A DNA stretch of 64,000 bases from Candidatus Latescibacterota bacterium (lineage in GTDB: Bacteria > Latescibacterota > UBA2968 > UBA8231), in the NCBI GenBank assembly GCA_965197905.1, contig CBDAOB010000004.1, forward strand, positions 1,344,001 through 1,408,000, in the 5' to 3' direction. The position numbers were made by a program, and so were the translations under genes. Each line of letters opens with the position of its first letter. Position 1 is the stretch's first letter. Positions 21,522-31,219 of the stretch are shown here, one piece after another. The notes below the pieces were generated by a model that was not told the origin of the DNA, did not search any database, and saw only the letters and a program-made list of their open reading frames with translations.

Positions 21522-21644
21522 ATGAGGAAGATTGCGACAAGATGTGCACAGTGGAGCCTGCTCGTATGGGTGTTGGCCATCTCTTACCATTACTACACCT
21601 CCAATAACTACCCCCAACTCGTCGTCTACCTACTAGGCTGGTGA
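21522..21644 (+). CDS. Small (40 aa) single-TM protein
   Basis: MRKIATRCAQWSLLVWVLAISYHYYTSNNYPQLVVYLLGW; its stop is 1 nt before the next start. Confidence 0.5.
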   Translation: MRKIATRCAQWSLLVWVLAISYHYYTSNNYPQLVVYLLGW

Positions 21645-21645
21645 C

Positions 21646-23520
21646 GTGGTAGAGATAATCTTCGCCTCGATCTTGTTGTTTGGAGCGGCATGTACCGGGC
21701 GTTTCGTTCTGACCCGTATTGGTTGCGGTTTCGACAACAGGATAGAGGAATTCTCCTTTTCCTGCGCCATCGGATTTGGTGCTCTGGTCCTGGCCATCTT
21801 CGCCGTCGGGTCATTTCATCTGCTCTTCATAGAGTCGGTTTACGTCGTCGTTTTTGGCTGGATTGCCTTGGGAATCAAGTCCAGTCCCAGTTGGCTTTCT
21901 GCGTTCAGGTACTATGTGCCCAGGCTCCTCGCTGAATACCGCTCGGTTCATTTCTGGGTCACGATCCTCGCCGTTGCCGGTCTGACACTGAGCCTGATAC
22001 GCGCGCTCGCGCCTCCCCATGGGGCAACCGACCCGCTCGCTTATCAGCTGGCTCTACCCAAGATCTATCTAGCTAAACACTTTCTCAGCTTCGAACCGAC
22101 AATCACAGGGGCTTTGTACCCTAGCAACATGGGCCTTCTGTATCTGGTGGGAATAGCGTTGAAGAATGGTAGCCTCGCTCAGATCCTACATTGGCTGACG
22201 GGCGTTCTCAGTTGTCTCGCAATAGTGGGCGCCTGTCAGCGCTTTTTCAGTTGGCGAGTAGGCATCTGGGCAGCGACTATTTTTAGTTTTGTGCCGGTAG
22301 TTGTGGTTTTTGGTCCCCAAGGATATATCGACGTAGGCCTCTGTTATTTTCAACTGATGGCTATAGGAGCCTTGCTTATCTGGACACAGGCTCCGAATCC
22401 CAGAATCCTCATATTGGCTGCATTACTCTGTGGACTGGCCATGGGAGTTAAACCTCAGGGGTATGGCACCGTGTTCCTGGGGTCTGCCATCATCCTAATC
22501 GCCCGTTTGGCGCGGCGTGATTCGCTCTACCGGCTTCTCAAGGACGTCGGCCTGTACTGTGCTGCTGCGCTTGTGATGGTGATTCCATGGTTCGTGCGGA
22601 GCTACTATTGGTCAGGCAATCCGATTTGGCCTCTTGCCAATGATTTCTTTGACAGTCATGCCTTCGCTTTGAGCCCCCAAGTCGGTTCAAACCTCACTAC
22701 AGGGAGTACGGTCGACAACGTCGTGCAGGGGATCATTCCGTCGCTCGCGTGGTTCGACTATTACTGGCATGCAATGTCTCCCTGGGCCTGGACGTTTTCG
22801 CCGGGCGGTTGGCAGAAAGCTATCGGCGTTTATTTCGCCGCCTTGCTTCCCGGAGCTCTGCTTGTAACGCGCACGAAAAAACACTGGATTCTCATTGCCA
22901 TCTGCCTGACGTATTACGTGTTGCTGGTTCGGTTCCTGCACATGAATCCTCGTTATGGGCTGGTGCTTTTCGCCTTCCTCGCGGTGCTGTGTGGATTGGT
23001 TGCCGAGTATCTGTCCAGTGCGACCAAGTCCAGACCATTGTCTACTCTGTTCAATGCGGGATTCCTGGTGACAGGTGTGCTGAATCTCTGCTTTGCCTAT
23101 CAATTGTCTGCCCCAGTCCACAATGTCGTATTCGGCAAAGAGAGTGTTGATTCGTTTCTGATATCGCATGAAGCGTCGTACAGAGTGTTCCAGTTTGCCA
23201 ACCAGAATCTGCCTCCCTCGGCGACGGTGTTGTTACAGGGAGAAGTAAAAGGCTACTACTGTGATGGAAGTTATCTTTGGGATCACCCCGACCAGGGCGT
23301 CCTGAGGTACGAGCGATTCGATACCGCCGATGAGTTACGTGCCGGCATGAAAGAGCTGGGAATCACCCATGTGATTCGCATCATAAACCTGCCGCCGGTG
23401 CGCAGAACGATGTATCCGAACTACTTCACAGATCCGTATCACGAGACGTTTCGCAAGAGATTCCTTCAACTGATGTACCACGACGAAGCGTACGCTCTGT
23501 TTAGGGTGAACTATTGCTAA
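21646..23520 (+). CDS. ArnT/PMT-like (GT-C fold) membrane glycosyltransferase
   Basis: APPHGATDPLAYQL, YID, GVK and PWFVRSY..GNPIWP motifs; many TM helices. Confidence 0.8.
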   Translation: MVEIIFASILLFGAACTGRFVLTRIGCGFDNRIEEFSFSCAIGFGALVLAIFAVGSFHLLFIESVYVVVFGWIALGIKSSPSWLSAFRYYVPRLLAEYRSVHFWVTILAVAGLTLSLIRALAPPHGATDPLAYQLALPKIYLAKHFLSFEPTITGALYPSNMGLLYLVGIALKNGSLAQILHWLTGVLSCLAIVGACQRFFSWRVGIWAATIFSFVPVVVVFGPQGYIDVGLCYFQLMAIGALLIWTQAPNPRILILAALLCGLAMGVKPQGYGTVFLGSAIILIARLARRDSLYRLLKDVGLYCAAALVMVIPWFVRSYYWSGNPIWPLANDFFDSHAFALSPQVGSNLTTGSTVDNVVQGIIPSLAWFDYYWHAMSPWAWTFSPGGWQKAIGVYFAALLPGALLVTRTKKHWILIAICLTYYVLLVRFLHMNPRYGLVLFAFLAVLCGLVAEYLSSATKSRPLSTLFNAGFLVTGVLNLCFAYQLSAPVHNVVFGKESVDSFLISHEASYRVFQFANQNLPPSATVLLQGEVKGYYCDGSYLWDHPDQGVLRYERFDTADELRAGMKELGITHVIRIINLPPVRRTMYPNYFTDPYHETFRKRFLQLMYHDEAYALFRVNYC

Positions 23521-23600
23521 GCGATGGCCGCAAAACAACATGCTCTACCCTCGCTGCGGCCGCCGGCCAGGGAAAACGGCCCCGAAGCGTTAGACTTGGT

Positions 23601-23629
23601 CGATTTCGCGCCCGGAGCTGGCGAAATCG
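23601..23629. terminator. Hairpin between convergent genes
   Basis: CGATTTCGC-N11-GCGAAATCG inverted repeat; no clear U-tract. Confidence 0.4.
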
Positions 23630-23650
23630 CGGGCTTTGGCGCCGTTCGTT

Positions 23651-24787
23651 CTACAGAGTGTATTGCGGAATCTGCAGCAGTTCACCGTCTCTTAGCGCCG
23701 ACTGGTGGGCAACGATGCCGCTGACCGTCATATTCAGTGACTGGGCTACGTCGATAAGCGGGGTGCGGTCCAACAGTATCGCCTCGACGAACTCGCTCAT
23801 CAGGTAGCCGTGGGAACCACCGTGGGCGCCGGCGTCCACCCCGGGTGGAAGAGGCGGACGACTGATTGCGTTCGGCGCATAATCCTGCCCTTCACTCTGG
23901 AACTTGCCGTAAAAGGTCCCCCTGTCCGTACGAATCCGACCCATCTCCCCACCAACACCCGGAGTGTCCCAGCTCACCCCCATCCGTGCCGTGCCGCCCT
24001 CGCTGGTCCGAAACAACGCGATTTCGGTGCCAAACGGGTTGCCGTATCGGTTGTTTTCCGGCTTCAGATGAACGACGGGGCTGGGCACGCCCATGCAGGA
24101 GACTTCGGTGAAACTCCCGCCGGTCACGCCCACGTAATAGGCATTGGAGTGCGTGGGATACCACTGCGGGGGCAACCCGGTGCGCCATGCCTCGTGCGCC
24201 GCCATCGGCGTACGAAAGTAATGCCAGTATTCGCCTTCCGCGTAGACAACTCTTCCGAGCTCGCCGGCATTGAACAGCTCCCGCATTTTGTAGAGATCAT
24301 CGTGAAAATAGGATGTCTCGAACATCATGTAGCTGCGGTCGGCAGTCGTGGCAACTTCGAAGAGTTCATCCGCATCCTCCAGTGACCCGAAGACGGCGGG
24401 GACAGCCGAGGCAACGTGTTTGCCTGCTTTGAGGGCTGCGATAGCCAACTGGGCATGGCTCGGCGCGTCGGTGGCAATGAAGATAGCCTCGCACGACGAG
24501 TACGCGTTCGCGCAGCGGCATGCTCTGGCAAGCCCGGCACGCTTGTCGGGGTGGAGATCGGCAACCGCGGCAACGGTCACATTCGGGTGGTCCTGGAAAT
24601 GAAACGCGGCACCGAATCCACACACGCCGTACCCGGCGATACCCACGCGAATCTTGCGGTCGGAAACGGGTCTCCAGTTCTTCGCCGCCTCCTTGTCGGT
24701 GACCTCCTTCTCGAATCCAGGGATCGGCACCTCCAACGCTGTCGATTCCGGACCGATCGCCTCAGATACCGAGCTCTCCTCGCTCAT
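23651..24787 (-). CDS. Gfo/Idh/MocA family oxidoreductase (apparent short in-frame deletion)
   Basis: VGIAGYG, GKHVASAVP, YPTH and HGGSH motifs; RBS AGGAG. Confidence 0.85.
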   Translation of the reverse strand: MSEESSVSEAIGPESTALEVPIPGFEKEVTDKEAAKNWRPVSDRKIRVGIAGYGVCGFGAAFHFQDHPNVTVAAVADLHPDKRAGLARACRCANAYSSCEAIFIATDAPSHAQLAIAALKAGKHVASAVPAVFGSLEDADELFEVATTADRSYMMFETSYFHDDLYKMRELFNAGELGRVVYAEGEYWHYFRTPMAAHEAWRTGLPPQWYPTHSNAYYVGVTGGSFTEVSCMGVPSPVVHLKPENNRYGNPFGTEIALFRTSEGGTARMGVSWDTPGVGGEMGRIRTDRGTFYGKFQSEGQDYAPNAISRPPLPPGVDAGAHGGSHGYLMSEFVEAILLDRTPLIDVAQSLNMTVSGIVAHQSALRDGELLQIPQYTL

Positions 24788-25146
24788 CTGACTCCTATAT
24801 TGGTCTGGGTTCGCTACCACGAGGTCCCGACTGGGACCGCCCGCGTGCTGTAGTGAAACAATAGACAGTGGACGATTCGAACAACTTGCGGTCAGGATGC
24901 GAAGTTTTTACCAGGAGAGACCTCGGTGTAGTTCGATTCCAGTTCCTCGAGACCAATTCATGAACGCCAATATCGTTAATCACGCCGAGTCTCCGTGCCG
25001 TCCTGGCGCGGCGTTTTCCGGGGCGTTTTGGGAAGGCTCGTATCCAGACTGACCCTGGAATCCCCCGCCGGAGGTCAGATCCACCGGCAACTGCGCCAGC
25101 GGAGTGGCTCGGCGAATTTTGGTGAGTTTCCGGGGGCGGCGGCAGC

Positions 25147-27009
25147 CTAGAGCTGGCCGAAAACGCCCTGGACGACCTCTGGTAAAGACGTGAAGCGCAC
25201 GAGGATGGCGTCGTCGTCGATGGATACGGCCTTGGCGTAGACTTCCCGGTCACCGGATTCGTTCTCGAGGAAGAGCCTGAGGTCGTCGAGGAAGGCGATC
25301 GGCGCCTCGCTGCGTAAGCGAGCGCCGCGCCGGCCTACTTCCACAAACACGCCGTCGTACTCGCTGCCACCGGCGTCTTTCTGGCTGAGTATTCGGACCA
25401 GCAGGGGAAGTGGGGGCGCCAGTGTACGCAGTGGGTCGTCAAGGACGGTGGGCAGCTGCAGGTCGAAAGGGGCTCCGATACTGCTGACATCGTAGACAGC
25501 GATGGGCTCCTGTACTCCCTTCGGCTCGATCTGCAATTCACCGCGAAAGCTCAACGGCGCAGTGACTTCGGCGTGAGTGAATTCGGAGATAAGGATCTGG
25601 CCACCAACGGTGAAGGACTCAATGCGGGCGGCGAGATTCACATGTCGCCCAAAGACCCCATATTTGGCGCGTTTCTGAGAGCCGATATTGCCGACGACGG
25701 CCTTGCCGGTGTGGAGGCCGATACCCATCTCTACTTCGGGCAATCCCTCCACGATGTTGGCGCTGTTGACGCCTTCCATCGCGCGTTGCATAGCTATGGC
25801 GCAGGCAACCGCCTGTGCGGCATGCGGGGTTTCAGCGCCACCAAGCGTGCCAAAAGTGGCTTTGATGCCATCCCCCATGAACTCCTCGATGGTTCCGTCG
25901 TACTGCATGATGATCTCGGTCATCGCCCCCAGGTAGCGATTGATGATTGCTACCACCTTCGCTGCCGGCAAGCGCTCGCTCAACGAAGTGAACCCGCGCA
26001 GGTCTGACATCAGGATCGTCACCTGGCGCAGCACGCCGCCCACATCGAGACGATCCGGGTTGTCGAGCAGGGTGTCGACGATGTCGTCGGAAACGTAGCG
26101 GCCGAAGACGCGGCGGATGAAGGCGCTGCTGCGTTCCAGAGCCTCCTGACTCTGCTTGAGTTCGGCGTATGCTTGATTGCGCTGCAACAGGCGAATGTGG
26201 CTGGCCGTGTGGTGACGAATGCGGGCCACCAACTCGAGCTGGTCGGGAACCTTGACCAGGTAGTCGGAGGCACCGCTGGCAAACGCTTTGGACTTGCGGT
26301 CTCCCTCCTCGGCCGACGACAGAACTATGACCGGGAGTTGAGCCGTAGAGGCATGGTTGCGCAGTTCGGCCAGCACCTCAAAGCCGTCGACACCGGGCAT
26401 CACCAGATCGAGTAGAAGAACGGAGGGGTTTACCTTGGCAACGGTCCGTCGGATATCACTGGCCTCGGACATGAACTGGAAATCAATGTCTTCCTGGTCG
26501 GCCAGCAGCCGGCGCACGGCTTCGCCGACGAGCGGCTGGTCGTCGATCATAAGCACGCGAATCCGTTCCTCGAAGGCTGCGCTGCTAACCTCGAGGTCGG
26601 CGAGGCTGACCGATTGCGCCGCGCGTTCAAGATGCGTGCGGACGCGGACGAGAATCTCTTCATTCCTGAACGGCTTGGTCAGGTAATCAACGCCACCTGC
26701 GTCGAAACCGGCGGTCAGGTCGTCCGTCTCCGGTTGGGCGGTCAGAAATACGATGGGGATCGAGGCCAGATCCGGCTGGGCTTTGAGGCGCCTGCAGGTC
26801 TCAAACCCGTCCATGCCTGGCATCCTGACGTCCATCAGGACCAGATCGGGCTTCACCTTGGCGGTGACCTGTAGGGCATCGGAGCCGTTGGTGGCAACGT
26901 AGATTTCGTACCCCGCTCGCTCGAGGACTTCGACCAGGAGAGCGAGATTCTCGGGGACGTCGTCGACGAGCAGGAGGCTGCTGCCCTTGGTGTCGATTTT
27001 CTGACTCAC
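25147..27009 (-). CDS. Dual-receiver class III nucleotide cyclase (REC-REC-CHD plus C-terminal PilZ-like domain)
   Basis: Two DxxMPGxDG receivers; SDLRGFT, EEFMGDG, GNIGS and VNLAARIE cyclase motifs. Confidence 0.9.
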   Translation of the reverse strand: MSQKIDTKGSSLLLVDDVPENLALLVEVLERAGYEIYVATNGSDALQVTAKVKPDLVLMDVRMPGMDGFETCRRLKAQPDLASIPIVFLTAQPETDDLTAGFDAGGVDYLTKPFRNEEILVRVRTHLERAAQSVSLADLEVSSAAFEERIRVLMIDDQPLVGEAVRRLLADQEDIDFQFMSEASDIRRTVAKVNPSVLLLDLVMPGVDGFEVLAELRNHASTAQLPVIVLSSAEEGDRKSKAFASGASDYLVKVPDQLELVARIRHHTASHIRLLQRNQAYAELKQSQEALERSSAFIRRVFGRYVSDDIVDTLLDNPDRLDVGGVLRQVTILMSDLRGFTSLSERLPAAKVVAIINRYLGAMTEIIMQYDGTIEEFMGDGIKATFGTLGGAETPHAAQAVACAIAMQRAMEGVNSANIVEGLPEVEMGIGLHTGKAVVGNIGSQKRAKYGVFGRHVNLAARIESFTVGGQILISEFTHAEVTAPLSFRGELQIEPKGVQEPIAVYDVSSIGAPFDLQLPTVLDDPLRTLAPPLPLLVRILSQKDAGGSEYDGVFVEVGRRGARLRSEAPIAFLDDLRLFLENESGDREVYAKAVSIDDDAILVRFTSLPEVVQGVFGQL

Positions 27010-27074
27010 GGCTGAAATATAGGTATCTGTGCGGACAGGGTGACTGATGCGGCGGGCGGTAAATAGAGCGCGGG

Positions 27075-27734
27075 TTAGGGCGAAGCGCCCTCCGCCGATC
27101 CTGCCCAGCACACCCCGCGGGTGAGCAAGGCCTGCATTCCCGGCACCTCAAACGTACCGGGTCCATGGCCGAGTGCACTGTAGAATACCCGCCCGTCACC
27201 ATAGGGCTTCACCCAAGCCACAGGATGGGAACGCTCGGCCCACTCGGCGGTGGCCAGGATGTGAATGCGCGGATCCCAAGCCGACATATAGATCTCGTCC
27301 TCGACCTCGAAGTCGGCAACGCCCTGGGTCACTTCGTGCTCGTCGTCCTGTATGCGCACCGTAAATCGCAGGCCGGGCGGATGCCAATTGGCGTGGCCGC
27401 CCATCAAATCCACCGCCTGTCCGCCAATCCACCAGGCGGTACCGTGAACACCTACCAGACCGCCACCCCGTTCGACGAATCCGAACAAGCCCTCTTCTAG
27501 CGCCGGCGGCAGGTCAGGCACTCGTTTGGCGGGTCCCTCTGGCTGGGCTTCCGCCCGGGTGAATCCCGTGCCGAAGACACACACGTCAAACTCGGCCAAC
27601 TGCTCCGAGGCCAAGATGTCCCGGTCCTCTTCAAGCCGCACGTCCAGCCGCGCTGCTCTGCTGAGGAAAGCGTCAATGACAACCGCGCATTCATCAAAGC
27701 CATGATTCGGCCCCGAAAGAATCAATACCTTCAT
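27075..27734 (-). CDS. ThuA-like domain protein
   Basis: GGGLVGVH, DEIY and YGDGRVFYSALGH motifs. Confidence 0.85.
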   Translation of the reverse strand: MKVLILSGPNHGFDECAVVIDAFLSRAARLDVRLEEDRDILASEQLAEFDVCVFGTGFTRAEAQPEGPAKRVPDLPPALEEGLFGFVERGGGLVGVHGTAWWIGGQAVDLMGGHANWHPPGLRFTVRIQDDEHEVTQGVADFEVEDEIYMSAWDPRIHILATAEWAERSHPVAWVKPYGDGRVFYSALGHGPGTFEVPGMQALLTRGVCWAGSAEGASP

Positions 27735-27824
27735 CGCCTTTGGCCTTCGGTAATAGATAGCATGGATAAAGAGCCTTATCGGAAGTTGGGTCAATGGCAC
27801 TCGGTGGCGGCGCCAAGGCAGGTC

Positions 27825-28673
27825 TCAAATCGGCGTGTCACCGCAGATGGTAGTGCGATGCATGTGCCGGGGCGCATCTCCGTAATCCCGGATGGCATGG
27901 TGCATGGTGCAGCGATTGTCCCAGAACACCAGATCGTTGACCTGCCACCGGTGACGGTAGATGAAGGCCGGCTGCGTTGCGCGCTGGAAGAGGTACTCCA
28001 ACAGAGGCTGACTCTCTTCCTTCGACATGTCGACGAGTTGTCCAGTAAATCCTGGATTTACGAACAACGCCTTCCGGCGGCTCACCGGATGGGTGCGCAC
28101 CACCGGATGCTCAACCGGCGGGGTCTTTTTCTTTTCCGCCTCGGAGCGCGCGGCGGTGCCCCGGTGCGAAAAGAAGTGTTTCTCGGCGTTGCCGAAATCG
28201 TGCACCGCCTTCAATCCATCCAGCAACCGTTTCAATCCGGCGGAAAGCGTCTCGTACGCCAAATACATGCTGGCGAACATGGTATCACCACCTAGCTCTG
28301 GAATCTGCCGTGCGTACATCATCGATCCCATGGTCGGCGTCGCTGTGTAGCTCAGATCCGAATGCCAGTAGGTGCCGGCGTACGCCCGGCCTTTCCGTTT
28401 TCCATCCTCCACGATGTTTGAAACCACGTAGATCTCCGGATGACCTTCCAGCAATGCATCGGAGATTACATGGGTTTCGAGGGCACCGAACACGCGGCTG
28501 AACGCGATGTGCTGTTCAGGGGTCAGGTGTTGGTCGCGGAAGATGAGAACTCCGTGTTCGGCCAATGCGTCGCCAAGCACGTTGACGGTCTCTGTGGACG
28601 CCGGAAGCGAAAGATCGAGGCCTTTGACCTCCGCACCGACCACCGGCGACACCTTTTCCAGCGAAATCGCCAA
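27825..28673 (-). CDS. TauD/TfdA family 2-oxoglutarate dioxygenase
   Basis: WHSD, GGDT, HPVVRTHP and WDNRCTMH motifs. Confidence 0.92.
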   Translation of the reverse strand: MAISLEKVSPVVGAEVKGLDLSLPASTETVNVLGDALAEHGVLIFRDQHLTPEQHIAFSRVFGALETHVISDALLEGHPEIYVVSNIVEDGKRKGRAYAGTYWHSDLSYTATPTMGSMMYARQIPELGGDTMFASMYLAYETLSAGLKRLLDGLKAVHDFGNAEKHFFSHRGTAARSEAEKKKTPPVEHPVVRTHPVSRRKALFVNPGFTGQLVDMSKEESQPLLEYLFQRATQPAFIYRHRWQVNDLVFWDNRCTMHHAIRDYGDAPRHMHRTTICGDTPI

Positions 28674-28682
28674 GGTCGGATC

Positions 28683-30170
28683 TCATCCCCCGAACCAGAA
28701 GGCGTAGAGCTCGGCATTCAGCAACGAAAAGCGTACACGCACCGTTCTCCCCGCCAGCTCCCCTAGATCTGTCTTGTTCTTCCAGCGTATCGCCTCATCC
28801 ACCTCGTCCACCACCGCGGGCACACAATCGTCGAGGGTGTACCCAGGCACCGGCTGCCCGTTTTCGGCATCGAGCGCCTCGGCTCGGACACTGCCCCGCC
28901 ACGCGTCCAGGTTGACACGCAGCTCCTTTCCGTCGACCTCGACCGGCGTCGACAGCACGCTCCCCGGTTCGACCCCCGCCTTCAGCGAGCAGAATCCGTC
29001 CAACCGCAGCTTCGCCAGACAGATGGCGCCGCTGTCGAGATATTCCCGATTCCACGCCTGCTCTTGGGTTACGCCGCGATGCCGGTAACCGCCGTAATAG
29101 AACAAGAGCTCGTTGTCGCGCACGATTGGTCGGTTCGAAGGACCGAGCTGCCCGAGGTCGTAGGCACTGCCGTCTCCGATGGGCGACTGCTCGATGAACG
29201 GCGCCCGGTCCGCCACCCGCTCCCAGTTGTGCAGGTCGCGGCTGCACACCAGCTCGAGAACCTTGCGCCCGTCCACGTTCTCGTACATCGGGGGCCGGCC
29301 GCCGCACTGGTGGAACATCACCGGCATCCCGATGTAGAGATCCTCGTACGGGAATACCGGAAGCTGATACACGTCGGTCTTGTACTGTCTGGGTTTATTC
29401 ACCGTGGGGGTTGAATAGTCGGGATCTTCGAAGAAGCGGGTGATCCGTTCCTTGCCGTTTTCCTGGTCCTGCTCGTCGGCGTGGAAGATCATCTCGGCGT
29501 CGGTCCAGTTCTCGAAGTCCTCGCTCGTCGACACGCAGACCGCACGGCCGAACGGCCCCCGCCGTTTCACCATGATGATGAACAGGCCCTTCTCCTCGTC
29601 GTAGGTCATGGAGGAAGTCCCCCCCTCCGGGATCGGCGGCACATCCAGCCATTCCCAGGTAAAGAGATCGGGCGACACCGCGAATTTCTTCTTGTGGAGC
29701 CGGGTCCCGTCCGCATGGTTTTGCGCCTTGTAGCGGCGCTTCGGATCTGGGTCGTTCGGATCGCGCACCGGGGTCGTGCTGTTGGGGATGATGTTGTTCT
29801 GTTTGCCGATCGGCTCACCCCTGTAGCTGTTCACCTCGTATTCGAACATCTCGAGAAACGGCTTCTCCCAATTCACCCCGTCCTCGGAGGTGGCGTAGCA
29901 GAAAAAGTTCTGTCCCCGGTTCGGCGCGGACACAGTGATCATCATCAGATCGTCCAAGGTGAGATCCGGCGGCTCGGCGCCGGCCCCGTAGACCAGCTTG
30001 TACACCCCCTCGTCCGGGTCCCACATCGGCGCCGTCTGGATGTGCACGCCGATGTTCTCCCAGCGGTATTCCGGCTGCACCACGGCTCCCTGTTTCTCCG
30101 GTTGATGCAGCACGCGTGCCAGATTGTTCATTTCCTCGATATGATGATCATCGATAAACAGCTGTTTCAT
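28683..30170 (-). CDS. Beta-propeller glycoside-hydrolase-like hypothetical protein
   Basis: RBS AAGGAGGAG; MKQLFIDD, YATSEDGVNWEKP, SRDLHNW, LRLDGF and LYAFWF. Confidence 0.75.
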   Translation of the reverse strand: MKQLFIDDHHIEEMNNLARVLHQPEKQGAVVQPEYRWENIGVHIQTAPMWDPDEGVYKLVYGAGAEPPDLTLDDLMMITVSAPNRGQNFFCYATSEDGVNWEKPFLEMFEYEVNSYRGEPIGKQNNIIPNSTTPVRDPNDPDPKRRYKAQNHADGTRLHKKKFAVSPDLFTWEWLDVPPIPEGGTSSMTYDEEKGLFIIMVKRRGPFGRAVCVSTSEDFENWTDAEMIFHADEQDQENGKERITRFFEDPDYSTPTVNKPRQYKTDVYQLPVFPYEDLYIGMPVMFHQCGGRPPMYENVDGRKVLELVCSRDLHNWERVADRAPFIEQSPIGDGSAYDLGQLGPSNRPIVRDNELLFYYGGYRHRGVTQEQAWNREYLDSGAICLAKLRLDGFCSLKAGVEPGSVLSTPVEVDGKELRVNLDAWRGSVRAEALDAENGQPVPGYTLDDCVPAVVDEVDEAIRWKNKTDLGELAGRTVRVRFSLLNAELYAFWFGG

Positions 30171-30262
30171 TTGCTCCTCCTTGTGTGCCGGACCGAAATA
30201 GGTTTCAATTGGCCGGCGAACGATGCAAGTTCGACCTGCAAACCACGGAGTCCGGCCCCGGC

Positions 30263-31219
30263 ATGTCAAAAGCACCCGGAAAACCGATCGACTTCACGCC
30301 CGCCTACCAAAACCTCACCCGGGACGAGCTTGGGCACCGCGTCGAGCTGGCTTTGCATGAGCTGGAGGATTGCCGGGCGTGCCCCCGCGACTGCGGCGTC
30401 AATCGGCTCGAGGGAAAGTGGTCTGCCTGTCGCACCGGGCGCTACGCGGTCGTCTCCAGCGCCTTTCCGCATTTCGGCGAGGAGGACTGCCTGCGGGGAT
30501 GGAACGGCTCCGGCACGATCTTCTTCGGTCACTGTAACCTGCGTTGCCAGTTCTGTCAGAACTGGGACATCAGTCAGGGTATCCGCCCCGGGGCCGAAGA
30601 CGGATCCAAACCGGGAGAGATCGCGGCGCTGATGCTCGCCCTGCAGGCGAGGGGGTGCCACAACATCAATTTCGTGACGCCCGAGCACGTGGTGCCGGAG
30701 ATCGTCGAGGCGCTGGCGGTCGCCATCGAGCGCGGCCTCGATCTGCCCATCGTCTACAACACCAGTTCCTACGATTCCCTCGCCAGCCTGAAGCTCATGG
30801 AAGGGATCGTCGACATCTACATGCCCGACTTCAAATACTGGAGTCGCGAGCGTAGCAAAACCTATTTGAAAGCGGAGGAGTACCCGGAGATCGCCCGCGC
30901 CACCATCCTCGAGATGTTTCGGCAGGTGGGTCCACTGGTGACCGATTCCCAGGGGCTTGCCACTCGCGGCGTGCTCTTGCGGCACCTGGTGATGCCGAGT
31001 GGTCTCGACGACACCCGTGCGATTCTGGAGTGGGTGGCTGCGGAGCTGGGTGGCGACGCCTACGTAAACTTGATGGATCAGTACCGGCCGGCGGGCGGTA
31101 TCGGTTCTGAAAAACTTCCGGAGCTCAACCGCTCGTTGACCTCCACCGAGTGGATCGAAGCGGTCGAAATAGCCACGACGTTGGGGCTGCGATTGGACCA
31201 GAGAGGAATGTTGACCTGA
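30263..31219 (+). CDS. PflX-like radical SAM protein
   Basis: CRACPRDC, HFGEE, GSGTIFF, CNLRCQFCQN, DIYMPDFKY and RHLVMP motifs. Confidence 0.9.
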   Translation: MSKAPGKPIDFTPAYQNLTRDELGHRVELALHELEDCRACPRDCGVNRLEGKWSACRTGRYAVVSSAFPHFGEEDCLRGWNGSGTIFFGHCNLRCQFCQNWDISQGIRPGAEDGSKPGEIAALMLALQARGCHNINFVTPEHVVPEIVEALAVAIERGLDLPIVYNTSSYDSLASLKLMEGIVDIYMPDFKYWSRERSKTYLKAEEYPEIARATILEMFRQVGPLVTDSQGLATRGVLLRHLVMPSGLDDTRAILEWVAAELGGDAYVNLMDQYRPAGGIGSEKLPELNRSLTSTEWIEAVEIATTLGLRLDQRGMLT

